The notes under the pieces: generated by a model | The model's input: the letters and a program-made list of their open reading frames with translations, nothing else | Databases searched by the model: none | What the model was told of the DNA's origin: nothing | In this document: one piece after another, positions 39,430-51,989 of the stretch | How positions within the stretch are numbered: the first letter of the stretch is position 1 | Layout: every line of letters begins with the position of its first letter | Translations under genes and position numbers: made by a program | Assembly (NCBI GenBank): GCA_951406725.2 | Contig: OX597819.1 | Location: 97,030,001 to 97,094,000 of the forward strand | Direction: 5' to 3' | Length of the DNA stretch: 64,000 nucleotides | Source: Octopus vulgaris | Taxonomy: Eukaryota

Positions 39430-39775
39430 ATGGTTCTGGGTTCAATCCCACTGTGTGGCACCTTGGGCAAGTGTCTTCTACTATAGCCCCAGGCCGACCA
39501 AAGCCTTGTGAGTGGATTTAGTAGACGGAAACTGAAAGAAGCCTGTCATATATATGTATGTGTATATAGGTTTGTGCGTCTGTGTTTGTCCCCCCGCCTA
39601 ACATTGCTTGACAATCGATGCTGGTGTGTTTATGTCCCCATGACTTAGCAGTTCGGCAAAAGAGTCCTATAGAATAAGTACTAGGCTTACAAAGAATAAG
39701 TCCTGGAGTCGATTTGCTTGACTAAAGGTGGTGCTCCCGCATGGCCACAGTCACATGACTGAAACAAGTAAAAGA
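39430..39775 (+). mobile_element. SINE family B, 5'-truncated
   Basis: ggttctgggttcaatcccactgtgtggcaccttgggcaagtgtcttct...gactgaaacaagtaaaaga. Confidence 0.88.
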
Positions 39776-40506
39776 TATATATGTTTAATATCCTCCTTCC
39801 ATGCTGGCATGGGTTGGACAGTTTGACAGGAATTGGCCAGGCAGAAGCCTACACCATACTTCTGTGTCTGCTTTGCATGATTTTTTTACAACAGGATGCC
39901 CTTCCTAACACCAACTAGTCCACAGACTGGCACAAATCCAAGCTGCATCTTGTCTAAACTAACTCTCTTCCTACTTAGTTGAATAAATATGTTGAAGAAA
40001 ATCATAATTAACTGATCCCCCTGTATTTTCTTTTGCCCAAAGCCAGGAATTTTTCAGCACTTCCTTGTATATTTTAGTATGTATATATGCATATGTGTAT
40101 ACACACACACGTATATATAAATCCATAAATGCATGTGTCTATGTGTATGCATGAATGTGTATGCGTATGTATGTGTTCACACACAAAACATCTGGTGTTG
40201 TATTTCTGCACAATGCTAGGCTGTAACTGAATTCACCCAATTTTGTATATAATACACACTTTTGTAAGTGTAACAGTTCCCATACTATCATGGCCACTCA
40301 GCAATAGGAATGGGACTGATGGCAGGGCCAGATAAACATGATCAGCATCATCTAATTAGCAGTGTGGAGGGTTCAAAAAACACAACTGCTTGACTTTGAT
40401 TTATTACACAACCTACCAATTCAGTAGTTATAAATATATTCTCATTCTATGATTAGTTTTCATAACACACACACCACAGTGTAAACCCTGCTCTCTCTCT
40501 CTGTGT

Positions 40507-40755
40507 GGAGGCACGTGGCTTATTGGTTAGGGTGTTAGCATCATGATCGTAAGATTGTTGTTTCGATTCCTGGACGGGGCAATGCATTGCATTCTTGAGC
40601 AAAACACTTCATTTCACATTGCTCCAGTCCACTAAGCTAGTAAAAATGAGTAATGCTGCAATGGACTGGCGTCCCGTCCAGCTGAGGAACACAAATGCCA
40701 TTGAAACCAGGAAACTGGCCCATGAGCCTGGCTAGGCTTTAAAAGGGCGCATTTA
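40507..40755 (+). mobile_element. tRNA-derived SINE family C
   Basis: ggaggcacgtggcttattggttagggtgttag...gtttcgattcctggac (A/B boxes), then ttcttgagcaaaacacttcatttcac. Matches the copy at 49147. Confidence 0.87.
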
Positions 40756-40960
40756 TTGTATATATATATATAAAAATGAAAACAAATAAGTTTGTTTTCG
40801 AAGCGTTGAAATTTATTGTAGAACAAGTAGAAAGATAAATTTTATTCAGCATGCTGCTGACAAATTTTTCTGCTTTAAAAAAAGATTTTATCCTTTATAT
40901 ATATATATATATACTGCTCAGTATCTAAGCGTTGAATAAGATTTATCTTTCTATTTGTTC

Positions 40961-41004
<44 letters not shown>

Positions 41005-41074
41005 CACACACACACACACATATGTATATGAACAAACTAACATATATGGTATTGCAACAATCGTTTCATTATAA

Positions 41075-41369
41075 AAACGTGGTCGATGCCAGCACCTCAC
41101 CCCTACTGGCTCCTGTACCAGTAGCATGTAAAGAGCACCATCTGAATGTGACTAATGCTAGTGCTGCCTGACTGGCTTCCATGCCCGTGGCACGTAAAAA
41201 GCACCCACTACACTCTTTGAGTGGTTGGCGTTAGGAAGGGCATCCAGCTGTAGAAACATTGCCAGATGAGATTGGAGCCTGGTGCGGCCTCCTGACTTGC
41301 CAGTCCCCAGTCAAACCGTCCAGCCCATGCCAGCATGGAAAATGGACTTTAAACGATGATGATGATGAT
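41075..41369 (+). mobile_element. 3' end of the RTE LINE with (GAT)n tail
   Basis: gtggcacgtaaaaagcacccactacactc...gtggttggcgttaggaagggcatccagc...ccatgccagcatggaaaatggactttaaacgatgatgatgat. Confidence 0.87.
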
Positions 41370-41873
41370 TTCATGGCATTGTAACACCATACAAAGAACC
41401 TGATGATTTGACAGGTTTTCTGTTGGGTTTTGCAGAATCTTATAGATGCTGCATTTCGTACATACCAGTCTGTACGGTGTTACAATACAATGAAATCCCT
41501 CAATGAAATGATTGTAATGATTCCACTTAATTCATTTGCTTGTTTATATTGTTATTTCACATCATGCTGAAGCTCTCCTCAGCATTGGAGACTCTTGGGG
41601 TAGTGGATTATCAAATGCCAGTGGACTTCCTGGTTTGTTTATCTGTTGATTTGTGTATTACAGTATAGCCATTAATGTGGTGTGCTTCATTTTTCATGTC
41701 CAAATCATAATTGATCCTTAATCTATATTTATCTATCTATATTGTATCGTATAGGTAGGTAGGATAGATTTTAGCTGCTTTCTCTTCAAGCACATCTACT
41801 TATTCCATTATTGCAATCAATATGTATATAAACACATTAACCATGGGTACTTTTGTTTTATGTAGTTTTTTTT

Positions 41874-41970
41874 TTTTCTGTCTGATGAATTTCTAGTAGG
41901 AAATTCCTTACATGTAGATATAACATAAGTCTTTGTGATTCCTATTAGCAAATGAAACACATAGTGGAGA
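41874..41970 (+). ncRNA. Decayed type I hammerhead ribozyme-like motif (Penelope/retrozyme-like)
   Basis: CTGATGA (41882-41888) and GAAA (41954-41957) bracket a stem atttctagtaggaa/ttcctattagcaaat. acacat looks like a CpG-decayed acgcgt helix III, followed by gtggaga pairing with upstream tttctgt. Confidence 0.5.
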
Positions 41971-42598
41971 ATAATAATACCAAAAATTTCCATTTTCCTG
42001 TTTCGTTATGTCTATCTATCTGTGTGTGTATGTGTGTGTGTGTGTGTATGTGTGTGCACATGTGGCACTTATCAAAGCTTAATAAGTGCCATGTACTAAG
42101 CTCCTAGCCCTTGAGTCACTTTTGTAACTTTCTATTGATTAAAAATGATAAAAAAGTATATATAATTATGTATTTATATATTGAGTTCTACTTATCCAGT
42201 TTGTTTTGCCATGCCTATATATGTATGCATGTATATGTGTGAGTGGATAGCATATCTATATATATATATATGTGTGTGTGTATTTATATATGTACATATT
42301 TATGTGTATGTCTGAACACTTAGGTATGATGTGACACAGCTTACTAGTTGCTGTTAGCAATCTTCAATTAGAAATTAAGAGTGTTATGTAAATTACATGG
42401 AATTTCTCAGCTTCAAATATATGTATTCAATGTATGGGGTATTGTGTATTCTCTTAATTGTTTATACTAGTGATATAAAACTACCATGTGTGTGTGTATG
42501 TGTGAGTGAGAGAGAGACACACACATACACAGAGAAAAACGCTCTTTCAAGAGAAAACAATTATTTAAATCAACTTGGCAATGTTCTCTACTTCTAGA

Positions 42599-42629
<31 letters not shown>

Positions 42630-43998
42630 AAAAAGCAGATTCCCAGATGATTGATTTTCTATTGATGAGAATGTCAACAGGCGTTGCTATTTATTGAAGC
42701 TGTCACTTCAATTCATATCAACACTACACATCTACATCAATAATCTAAAACTACTCAAATGTTTAAGTACAAATACATTTCATGTGTTTCTCTAAAGGCA
42801 ATTCTTCCTCAATGGACAAATTCACTACAATAATACAGCAACTTTATTTACATAAACATATATACAAACACACACACATACAATCTATGCCTACCACCCT
42901 CTGTCTGTTGTCTCTCTCTCTCTCTCACTGAATGTCTGTTTGGGGAAGAACGGATTACATCAGATAATGAAACAATATATAGATCTAAATTTCACACAAC
43001 AACTGATGGATTCTACACACTTTCACAAAAAATGACTAACTGAAGATATTGTTGGTCTGAAGATATTGTAGATAAGAAACACGAAACTTAAACTTGGTGT
43101 GTGAGCTTGTGATACGCGTGTGCACACACACACACACTAAATACAATACTCAATTAATCATGATGTGCCAGAGGTTATTATCACATTATCTACGATCACT
43201 GACATATCATCACTACAGTCTCAAGCCAATGAAAGAGAACCTCTTTAAGGTCGCTCAAACTGTTAGAAATAGCAGCCAGATATCCTGGAAATCACACTAT
43301 GCTTTCACACTATGCTTTCAAAAATAAGCCGCATTGGATAAAGTGTCCTACACTGTTGTGTCAGAGTGAAAGACAGGATGGTCATGATTGGACAGTCTTA
43401 ATCATAGGTCAACTCTATTAAGACTGACCTTAGAAAGAATGACAGTCATTATGATCATCATCACCACCACTATCAACTCAGGCACCATTTGCCCTTGCTG
43501 GCATGGATTGAACAAGAAGCCACAAACCAAATCAATCCTCATTCAAAATTTGAAATGACTGCTCTCCTCAATGGGTCAGAGACCATGCTTCACACATACT
43601 TTTCATTTTTAGCATGGTTTTTATAATTAAATGCATTGCCTATCACCAACCAATTTACAGAATGCACTAGGTACGTTATATCATAATACTAGTACTAGAG
43701 AAGATGGCTTGATCTTGACGAAACTAAAGAGCTCTCTCCTCTTAAAGCTGTCTCAGTTCATTCATTCAGTTTCACCTGTTAAGACAAAGGAGAGCATCTA
43801 TTTCCCCATGTTGACTGTTTTGCTATACAACTGAGTGTATAAGATCCTACAGCATTACTGGCACAGTCGGGTATAGTTATCGGTTATCACATAAATGATG
43901 TACTGCAGGCCTTCACACACAAACACACAAATTTGCTTTTACAAACTAAAGAAATAGAACTCAATAGATAAAGCAGAGTAGCTGAGGAGCAACAGCAA

Positions 43999-44387
43999 AG
44001 GAGGCGCAATGGCCCAGTGGTTAGGGCAGCGGACTCGCGGTCAGAGGATCATGGTTTTGATTCCCAGACCGGGCGTTGTGTGTGTTTATTGAGCAAAAAC
44101 AACTAAAGCTCTACGAAGCTCCGGCAGGGGGTGGTGGCGACCCCTGTTGTACTCTTTCGCCCCAAATTTCTCTCACTTTTTCTTTCTGTTTCTTGTCCCT
44201 GACTTCCTACGCAACCGCTGAGCCTAGATGCACATTCATCCATCCGTCAATGCTCTCGGTATCGGGGGTTGACCTGCTTTCTCTTCTGTGGGTCTTACGA
44301 ATAGCAAAGGACCACGTTTCGAACTTCTCCCATCTTGGAAGCTCTGGGACGAAGACCATTTGCTCAACAGCAACAGCTTCGCTCAAC
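43999..44387 (+). mobile_element. Young family-C-related SINE with a distinct body and 14-bp TSD
   Basis: tRNA-like head ggaggcgcaatggcccagtggttagggcagcggactcgc, CpG-rich. TSD aggagcaacagcaa at 43985-43998 and 44388-44401. Confidence 0.88.
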
Positions 44388-44497
44388 AGGAGCAACAGCA
44401 ACTCAAGAGCCTGCAGTTTCCAACCAATATACTTAATATATAATAGTTAAATGCATACTCAGTTCATGCACACACAGATGAAACCATTTATAATATT

Positions 44498-44930
44498 CAG
44501 GTGTGGCAATGTGGTTAGATATTTCACTTCCCAACTGCATAGTTCTGTGTTTAGTCCCATTGCATGGTATCTTGGGCAAATGTTTTCTACAAGGGACCCA
44601 AACCAACCAAAGTCTTGCGAGTGGATTTGTTAGATGGAAGCTAAAAGAAGCTGGTTGTACATATGTATGTGTGCATGTATCTGAGTTTTTTTTTTTTGCT
44701 TTGACATCAGGAGTTAAGTGTAAGCAAGTATTGCTATTGTACATTGGTGTCATTCATTTTCAGTCTGCCATAGAAACATATCCAGTCAAGGAGAAATATT
44801 ACCTTACATGGAAACAGTTAAAAGTTGGTGACAGAAATGGCATCCAGCCACAGGTAATATGCCTCAACAAATTCCACCTGATCCATGCAAACATGGAAAT
44901 GTAGACATTAAAACAATGAAAATGATGATT
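44498..44930 (+). mobile_element. SINE family B (RTE-tail variant)
   Basis: caggtgtggcaatgtggttag head and ccatgcaaacatggaaatgtagacattaaaac tail. Confidence 0.8.
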
Positions 44931-47900
44931 ATGATAGTAATGGATAATGCTATTACACAGTTATTGTTATTAGAATTAGCTTCAAACATCTTATCCTTAC
45001 TTTATCAATTTCTGAGGCTGTACACAGCAGTGTTCCCTTAACTGGAACTTTCTTTCCAGCAACTAAATTTTCAATGCTGATTCAATTTCATTTTCATTAG
45101 AATACCATAAATAATTGGTAGTAAGATAAATTGCAACAAATCCTAGAAACAAACATTCAAGCCAATAGATTTCATATTAATTTTTTTAATAAAATTGTTT
45201 ACAATAATGAATAATAACTAATTGGACCAGTCTATATGACATATTCACTTCCACTTTTAAAAAATCCAAATAAATACAGTTTACTGAATATGTATATTAA
45301 TGCAGTATTATATTAACATACTGGAGTTCACAATTTTCAATTTGAATGTCAGCTTTTATTTTTCAATGTTTTTGATATTTAACTGAGCAACAGACAAGAA
45401 AATCAAAAATTCTCTTGAACTTTTGTCAACTAACAAAAAGAAAATTTTTTTTTTTTAAATCCATCTTAAAATGTAACATAAGCACTTTCCTGTAAATGAA
45501 ATAGCTATCTGTGTATATTTCTTTGTGTGTGTTTATGCCTGTGCACATATATATGTATGTGTGTGTGTATGAGCCTATGTATACACATGCATATGCACAC
45601 ATACACACACACAAACACTACTGATATATTATTTCTTATAAGGTCTAAACTTAATGTGAACAGGTATTGTATTTCACTCACAGGTATGTAGGTTCAAGCC
45701 CTACTACATGTACTTTTATCTTTAATATAACCACCACCACCACTTCCATACTCTCATAGCAATACTACCAAATTCACCTTGCCCAACATCACTACGACTA
45801 CTACAACTAACATGTTGCCTTATAATCTCGGTGAAGAAGAAGATAGCAAAATCAAAGCAACCGGCCTGCTACATTGAGATGTAATATGTGTATGGTGATG
45901 GTGAAAGTGGTAGTAGTACATGATGAGAATGGAGGTAGTAAGGTGGTCTGCGAAGCTGGCAGAACTGATTAATATGTGTGTGTGTATGGTGTAATGGTTA
46001 AGAAATCCGCTTCAAAATCATGAGGTCTCATGTTCAATTGCACTACATCACATCTTGGGTATAGTGAAATTGGGTAAATGGAAGCTGTGAAGAAGCCCAT
46101 TGGATGGACTGTAGGGCTAGCCTTGTCCCAAATTGTTTCACACTGGTTCTTTTTGAAGAATACATAAAGGGTTCATGCTTGAGTGGAATACTCCACCACG
46201 TCTATGCTAATTCATGCTAATAAGCAGATAATTAATAGAGATTCACTCACTTTATATACATATATACATGAAGTGAATGTGTCTATTGTCTGGCCATATT
46301 CTTATTTAATATATAAGTATGAAGTAGATAAGTACTCAATACTGGGTATTTAGTTCTCTCTAGATACTGTGAGATCTTCGGCATAGATGTACAGTAGAGA
46401 TCAATAAAGGCACTAATAAAATATAGTCAATAAACTGTTTGAGTGACTCACAGGAGGTAAAAGATGGCTTTTATTACTTAGGCAACCTAAGGTGATTGCA
46501 GTGAAAGTATAGTAAACTATAAGAAACAGGTAGAAGTCAGGTAAATAGTTACTTTTGATAATACAAGGTTTCTCCCTCTTCTCCATATAAATAGCAGAGT
46601 GTATGATGAGTAGTTGTGAAGGTTAGAATGAAGTGATATACAATGTTAATTTGAATTAAGGGTTGTTGAGAGAGTGGTTAAGACATTAGTCTGCAAATGA
46701 CACCACTCATTATTATGAACATCTGCTATTGAGTGACAGAGCAATGAACAGCAACCATTAGATGGAGATAACCAAGGGTAGGATGCATGATTAGATCACA
46801 AATAGGATGACACAAGCTCTAGGAGGATTAACAATGCACTGTGTTGGAGACTTATCCACACTGTTACATAAAAACAGATATGAACAAGAAAATGATGGAA
46901 TGAATCAATGCCACCTGTTTAATGGCAAGGCCATAAAAAAATTTATGAAAAAAGAGTTGTTTTGTTATTTGACATCATTTGCACAATAATTCTCTTTCTA
47001 AATTCTAAGATAGATTTATCTATGAATGAACATATAGATGCATGCATTTCTAAAAGCAGACTATAAAATCTGTGAGAGAGAATGTGTGCATTCATGTGTA
47101 GCTGTATGCAATGTATGTATACATGCATGAAAATGTGCATATATAAATTTGTGTCAGCAAAGCAGTGTTGTGTTTTTGACATCAGCAACTCAAGTTTCTA
47201 ATCTAATTTTATCAAATACTTCCTAACTAAACAAAATTAAACAACTAACTCACGCTAAGCTTTCGAAAATTAAGTGAAAAGATATTTAATTTAATTTTAA
47301 CATTATCAGAAAAACCTGTTCTCTTCAATAGTTTTATCTTTTGTGCATTGTTGACAGAAGAGGGCAAAACTCCATTGACATTGCAAATAGAATTCTATTT
47401 TTATATATGAAGGCAGTTTACTAATGAAACTGAAGGATTTCTAAATAAAAATGGGTCACGAAGACAGTCTTTGAAGAAAATCTATTCAGATGTTTTATAA
47501 ATTTCATATACTTTTGTGATATCCAATAAATTGTTCAGTTTTACACAGTGATGACAAGTCGATGAAGGTTTATTGATACTTAGAAATAAAATCTTTCTTT
47601 CCATTATATAAATGTATAAGATTCATAGAACTTTATTCAATGAAATTAGCAGCTCCACCTTTGACATTATTTACCTGAAATATCTAACAATTTTTTTTTA
47701 TTCTTCTTCCACTGTTCAACAATATTTCAGTATTTCAACATGCACGCATGCACACGCACACACATGTGCACAAGTTCTTTACCAAATATTTCCAGTTAAG
47801 CATCTATTCACTCCCCACTTCCCCTTTGAAACTCTCATCTCAATCACACTCTCTCCACATTCCCTCTCAACTGTTCACAACATCACAACACCTGTGTAGC

Positions 47901-48501
47901 AAAAGATTAATGCATGTTCTACCAACACCCTACTCTCTCTCTCTCACTTTCTCTCCCTACCCCTATCAAGATGTCTCCATATGAGTGATAATATTGAATT
48001 TATTTGTATCCAATGTACAATACCAGCACTCTTTCTGTGCTGCCAACCATTATTGGTCCTTGTGAAGTAATATCATTGAATTATTTCTGACTTTCATTGA
48101 AGTTGATGAAATAAAATCCAAGTTAAGAAGTCCACAGAAACAGGACTTGTCCTGGCTTTAAAAATATTTCTCCACATGCCTAATGTGAATTTTTTGAGTC
48201 GTTTAAACAACTCTATTCCAGATTTACCATATACCCAATGTAGCAGCCATAGTAATTTGTCTTTACCAGGTGATCTATGCATTGTATATTTGGAGGTGAG
48301 AGTCTCAAGATATGTTTTACAGATTGGTCTTTAACAGGTTGGAGTATTAGTCATTAAGTAGTGTTTAATTAATCCCTATGATTTCTCATTTAATGTCTTT
48401 TGTAGATGAACGTTGTAAGGTTCCTCTCTGAACAGCTGACACTGCCTAGTGTAATATCACAACATAGAGATTCTGATAAGACAACGAGATGCTGTAAAGC
48501 T

Positions 48502-48751
48502 CCAGATTGCTTAAGCACATGCTTCAACAGGAAGAAGAAACTAACTATAAATTGCAGAAGAGAGATACATGGAAATACATAGTCTTCTCAACTCAATATT
48601 TATCCACAAGAACACAAATCAATTTACCAGATTGCTTAAGCACATGCTTCAACAGGAAGAAGAAACTAACTATAAATTGCAGAAGAGAGATACATGGAAA
48701 TACATAGTCTTCTCAACTCAATATTTATCCACAAGAACACAAATCAATTTA
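48502..48751. repeat. Perfect 125-bp tandem duplication
   Basis: 48502-48626 is identical to 48627-48751. Confidence 0.97.
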
Positions 48752-48940
48752 CAGTAACAAGGCTTCACATTGACATTTAACATTATTGTATTTCATCATT
48801 TAGTAATTCATTTGCCTGTTTACACATTCATTTATTTGCTTGGATTGCCATTAGTCTATATTTATCACTTACAGCCCACAAAACTGCACTCACTTACTAT
48901 GCACACTATTAAATTGTTACATCAGATACACCAATACATC

Positions 48941-49055
<115 letters not shown>

Positions 49056-49146
49056 AAAAAGAATGACTTCACTGATAGTTCCAATCAGTTTAATTTTTAA
49101 TTTTTTTCATAATAAAAATTTTACACTTTGGTTCATAGATAAATGT

Positions 49147-49390
49147 GGAGGTGCATGGTTTAGTGGTTAGGGCGTTGAACTCATAATTGTATAGTTGTGG
49201 TTTCGATTCCTGGACCGGGTGATGCATTGTGTTTTTGAGCAAAACACTTCATTTCATGTTGCTCCAGTCCACTCAGCTGGCAAAAATGAGTAATCCTATG
49301 ACAGACCGGCATCCTGTCCAGGTGAGGAATTTCTATGCCACTGAAACCGGAAAACCGGCCCTTACGAGCCTGGCATGGCTCGAGAAGGAA
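49147..49390 (+). mobile_element. tRNA-derived SINE family C
   Basis: ggaggtgcatggtttagtggttagggcgttgaactc...gtttcgattcctggacc, colinear with 40507-40755. Confidence 0.87.
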
Positions 49391-49411
49391 CATGTAGATA
49401 AATATATAAGC

Positions 49412-49815
49412 ACAGGTGTGACACTTGTGGTAAGAAGCTTGCTTCCCAACCACATGGTTCTGGGTTCAGTTCCACTGAGTGGCACCTTGGACAAGTATCT
49501 TCTACTATAGCTTCAGGCTGGCCAAAGCCTTGAGAGTGGATTTGGTGGATGGAAACTGAAAGAAGCCTGTTGTATGTGTATATATGTGTGTGTGTGTATG
49601 TGCGTGTGTGCCTGTATTAGTTCCCCACCACTGCTTGATAACCAGTGTTGGTGTGTTTACATCCTCATGAATTAGCAGTTTGGCAAAAGAGATCAAAAGA
49701 ATAAGTACCAGACTTTAAAAAAAAATGTACTGAGGTCAATTTGTTCAACTAAAGTTTTTCAAGATGATGTGCCCCAACACAGCAACAATCTAATGACTGA
49801 AACAAGTAAAAGAAT
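49412..49815 (+). mobile_element. SINE family B, full length
   Basis: gtggtaagaagcttgcttcccaaccacatggttctgggttcagttcc...gactgaaacaagtaaaagaata. Confidence 0.88.
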
Positions 49816-49820
49816 ACTGC

Positions 49821-50045
49821 TGTATTTTGGGATGGTCACATTTTTTTTTCTTTTTTTGCCAAATAAACACACACACACACACACTATATATATTTGTTCT
49901 TCACTCATTTGTTACTGTTCTTATTCGAATTATGTCCATTATCTGGACAATGGACATGAGTTAGAATAAGAACAGGAATAAATGAGTGAAGAACAAAATA
50001 TATATTGCATGTGTTTATTTGGCAAAATGACCATCCCAAAATACA
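49821..50045. repeat. Palindromic fold-back element, about 225 bp
   Basis: tgtattttgggatggtca...tttgccaaataaacaca...tttgttcttcactcattt...atgtccatt is mirrored after an 8-nt loop centred near 49945. Confidence 0.92.
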
Positions 50046-51989
50046 TCTGTTTCAATACGCAACTTCACATCAGGAATCTTGCAACACAAATTCATAAAAA
50101 TAAAAGAATATTTATATACTTAATTTTTTTAAAAAAGCAGTAATAGCAAAGAAATTTTTTAAAAGACCAAACTTCTGCTTCCACTTTATGAAAGCCGTGG
50201 GATGTTTTCTAATTAGCAAACAACAACTGATAGGCGTAACATGAGTTGAGTGTAACTTCACTATTACCATTGTCATTGTAAGTTTATCAGCCGTTAAATG
50301 CCTTGGAAAACCGATCCATTAATAAATGATGAGGAGACAACTATCAGGAGAGATGGATAGTTTATCCTTGCAATTATCTGATTAGTTACAAACAGTGCAG
50401 CTTATTGCTTACAGGAAAACTTTGTGAAACAGTAACAGTGTGAGACAGAAAATTGAGGTAATGATATTCAAACTAGAAGCCTGCTGATAACATTTAGTCA
50501 AATTGATGTGGAGAAATGAAATAAGATGAGAGATGGGTGGTGTAGGAGAAACTAAAACTAAGTTATTTCCTATTGTGCTGAAGGAAATGGGAGATGGAAA
50601 ATTAAGACTACATTAATGAGAATTTGTATTTTATTTAATTAATTTAGCAGAGAGATTAATGTTTTTGGAGATCAACCAGCACAACAGGGATTGTGGTTTC
50701 AAATATTAGTATCACATGGAGACTTGCGTCAGAGATGGAATTGGGAATAGAAAATGAGAAAAAAAAAATAAAACAAGGAAAACAAAGAAAGGGAGAAAAG
50801 AGAAAGAAATCAGAAGTAATGGTGACAATGGTGGTGGTGGTGGTGGTAGATGGTATGCTTCTTGATTATGATTACTGTAGGTTTGATTATTGTAGGTAGT
50901 GGTGCTTGTCTGTGACAGTTGTGATGGCTGTCCTGTAGTTTGTTCAGGGTGGAAGTAGCAGCAGTAGTGGTGGTGGTGGTGGTGGTGGTAGTAACAGATT
51001 CAATGAAAATGTGAGAGTTAGCCATCCATTTAGTAATGAAATAGTAAATACATTAAGAGATTACCAATGGACAATAACAACAGCTACACTTACAAACATT
51101 GTCAGTAGACAAAGGCAACAAATAGTTATCAAATACACTACTGGCCATACACATATGTGCAACAATCTTAGTAGATGTAACAGTAACTATCTCATACAAC
51201 AGAGGCCGTACACATACAACAATTTTACAGTGAACAGAGACTGCAGATAGAATAACTATGTTTGGTCATTGTAACATTGTTTATGGGAGCCAACATAGAT
51301 TATGCCATTTCTGCATTTCCAATATTTTATTGACCAAAATAAATATTATTCATAGATTATGTTTTCTTGCCTATATATTGATTTCTAGTTAGCTATGTAA
51401 TGCTGTCAGGATTATATATGTTAACATTAACTTAGCTCCTTATGGTTATACGTTAATTCTAGCTTATAAGTGTACTCATAATTCTAGCATTACTATTTTG
51501 GCAAGTTCAGTGAAGAGTATGTTCTGCTGAGGTTTAATAAAACTGAAACAAACCTGGAGTTGTCTCACATACTTGCTAAAATGTTTGAAATAATATTAGT
51601 TATTGAGCTAACGTTATCTTTTTCTCACCACAATTTCTCACTGAATTTTTGATGTACACTACATTAAATATGTTAACACTAACAATAGATAATAATTGTC
51701 TTCAGGTTTAGCTTGTAATAGGAAGGGGAGTAGTCATAAGACCACAGTTGAAACATCAAGTAAAACAGTGTTGCTGGAAATGACTTACATGTATTGACTT
51801 GGTTGGAATAAGGGTGTGTGTATGTGGAGGAATAATAACCGAGGTGTGTGTAAAGCTAGCATTGTAAATTTGTTCCTAAACCATGCTAACATGGAAAAAC
51901 AAAAATAAGAATCCTCAAACTCATTGGTCAAAAGTCAACAATTTCTTCCATCACTGACACAGTTCACTTAGCTGAGTTCAAATCCATAG

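Noticed and set aside
43039-43100. Two ctgaaga motifs followed by gaaac, a possible hammerhead
   Set aside because: No convincing helix II or helix I pairing.
43999-44075. tRNA-like sequence (also SINE heads at 9200-9276, 40507, 49147)
   Set aside because: These are SINE heads continuing into SINE bodies (the 43999 copy with a TSD), and no complete cloverleaf or acceptor stem is evident.
48060-48480. Possible ancient LINE ORF remnants (also about 9500-9950, 46580-46900, 60210-60490)
   Set aside because: Only faint motif resemblance by eye, too degraded to call without a profile search.
50320-50386. Possible C/D box snoRNA (ATGATGA...CTGA)
   Set aside because: Antisense to the host gene, only about 56 nt between the boxes, and no recognisable rRNA guide.
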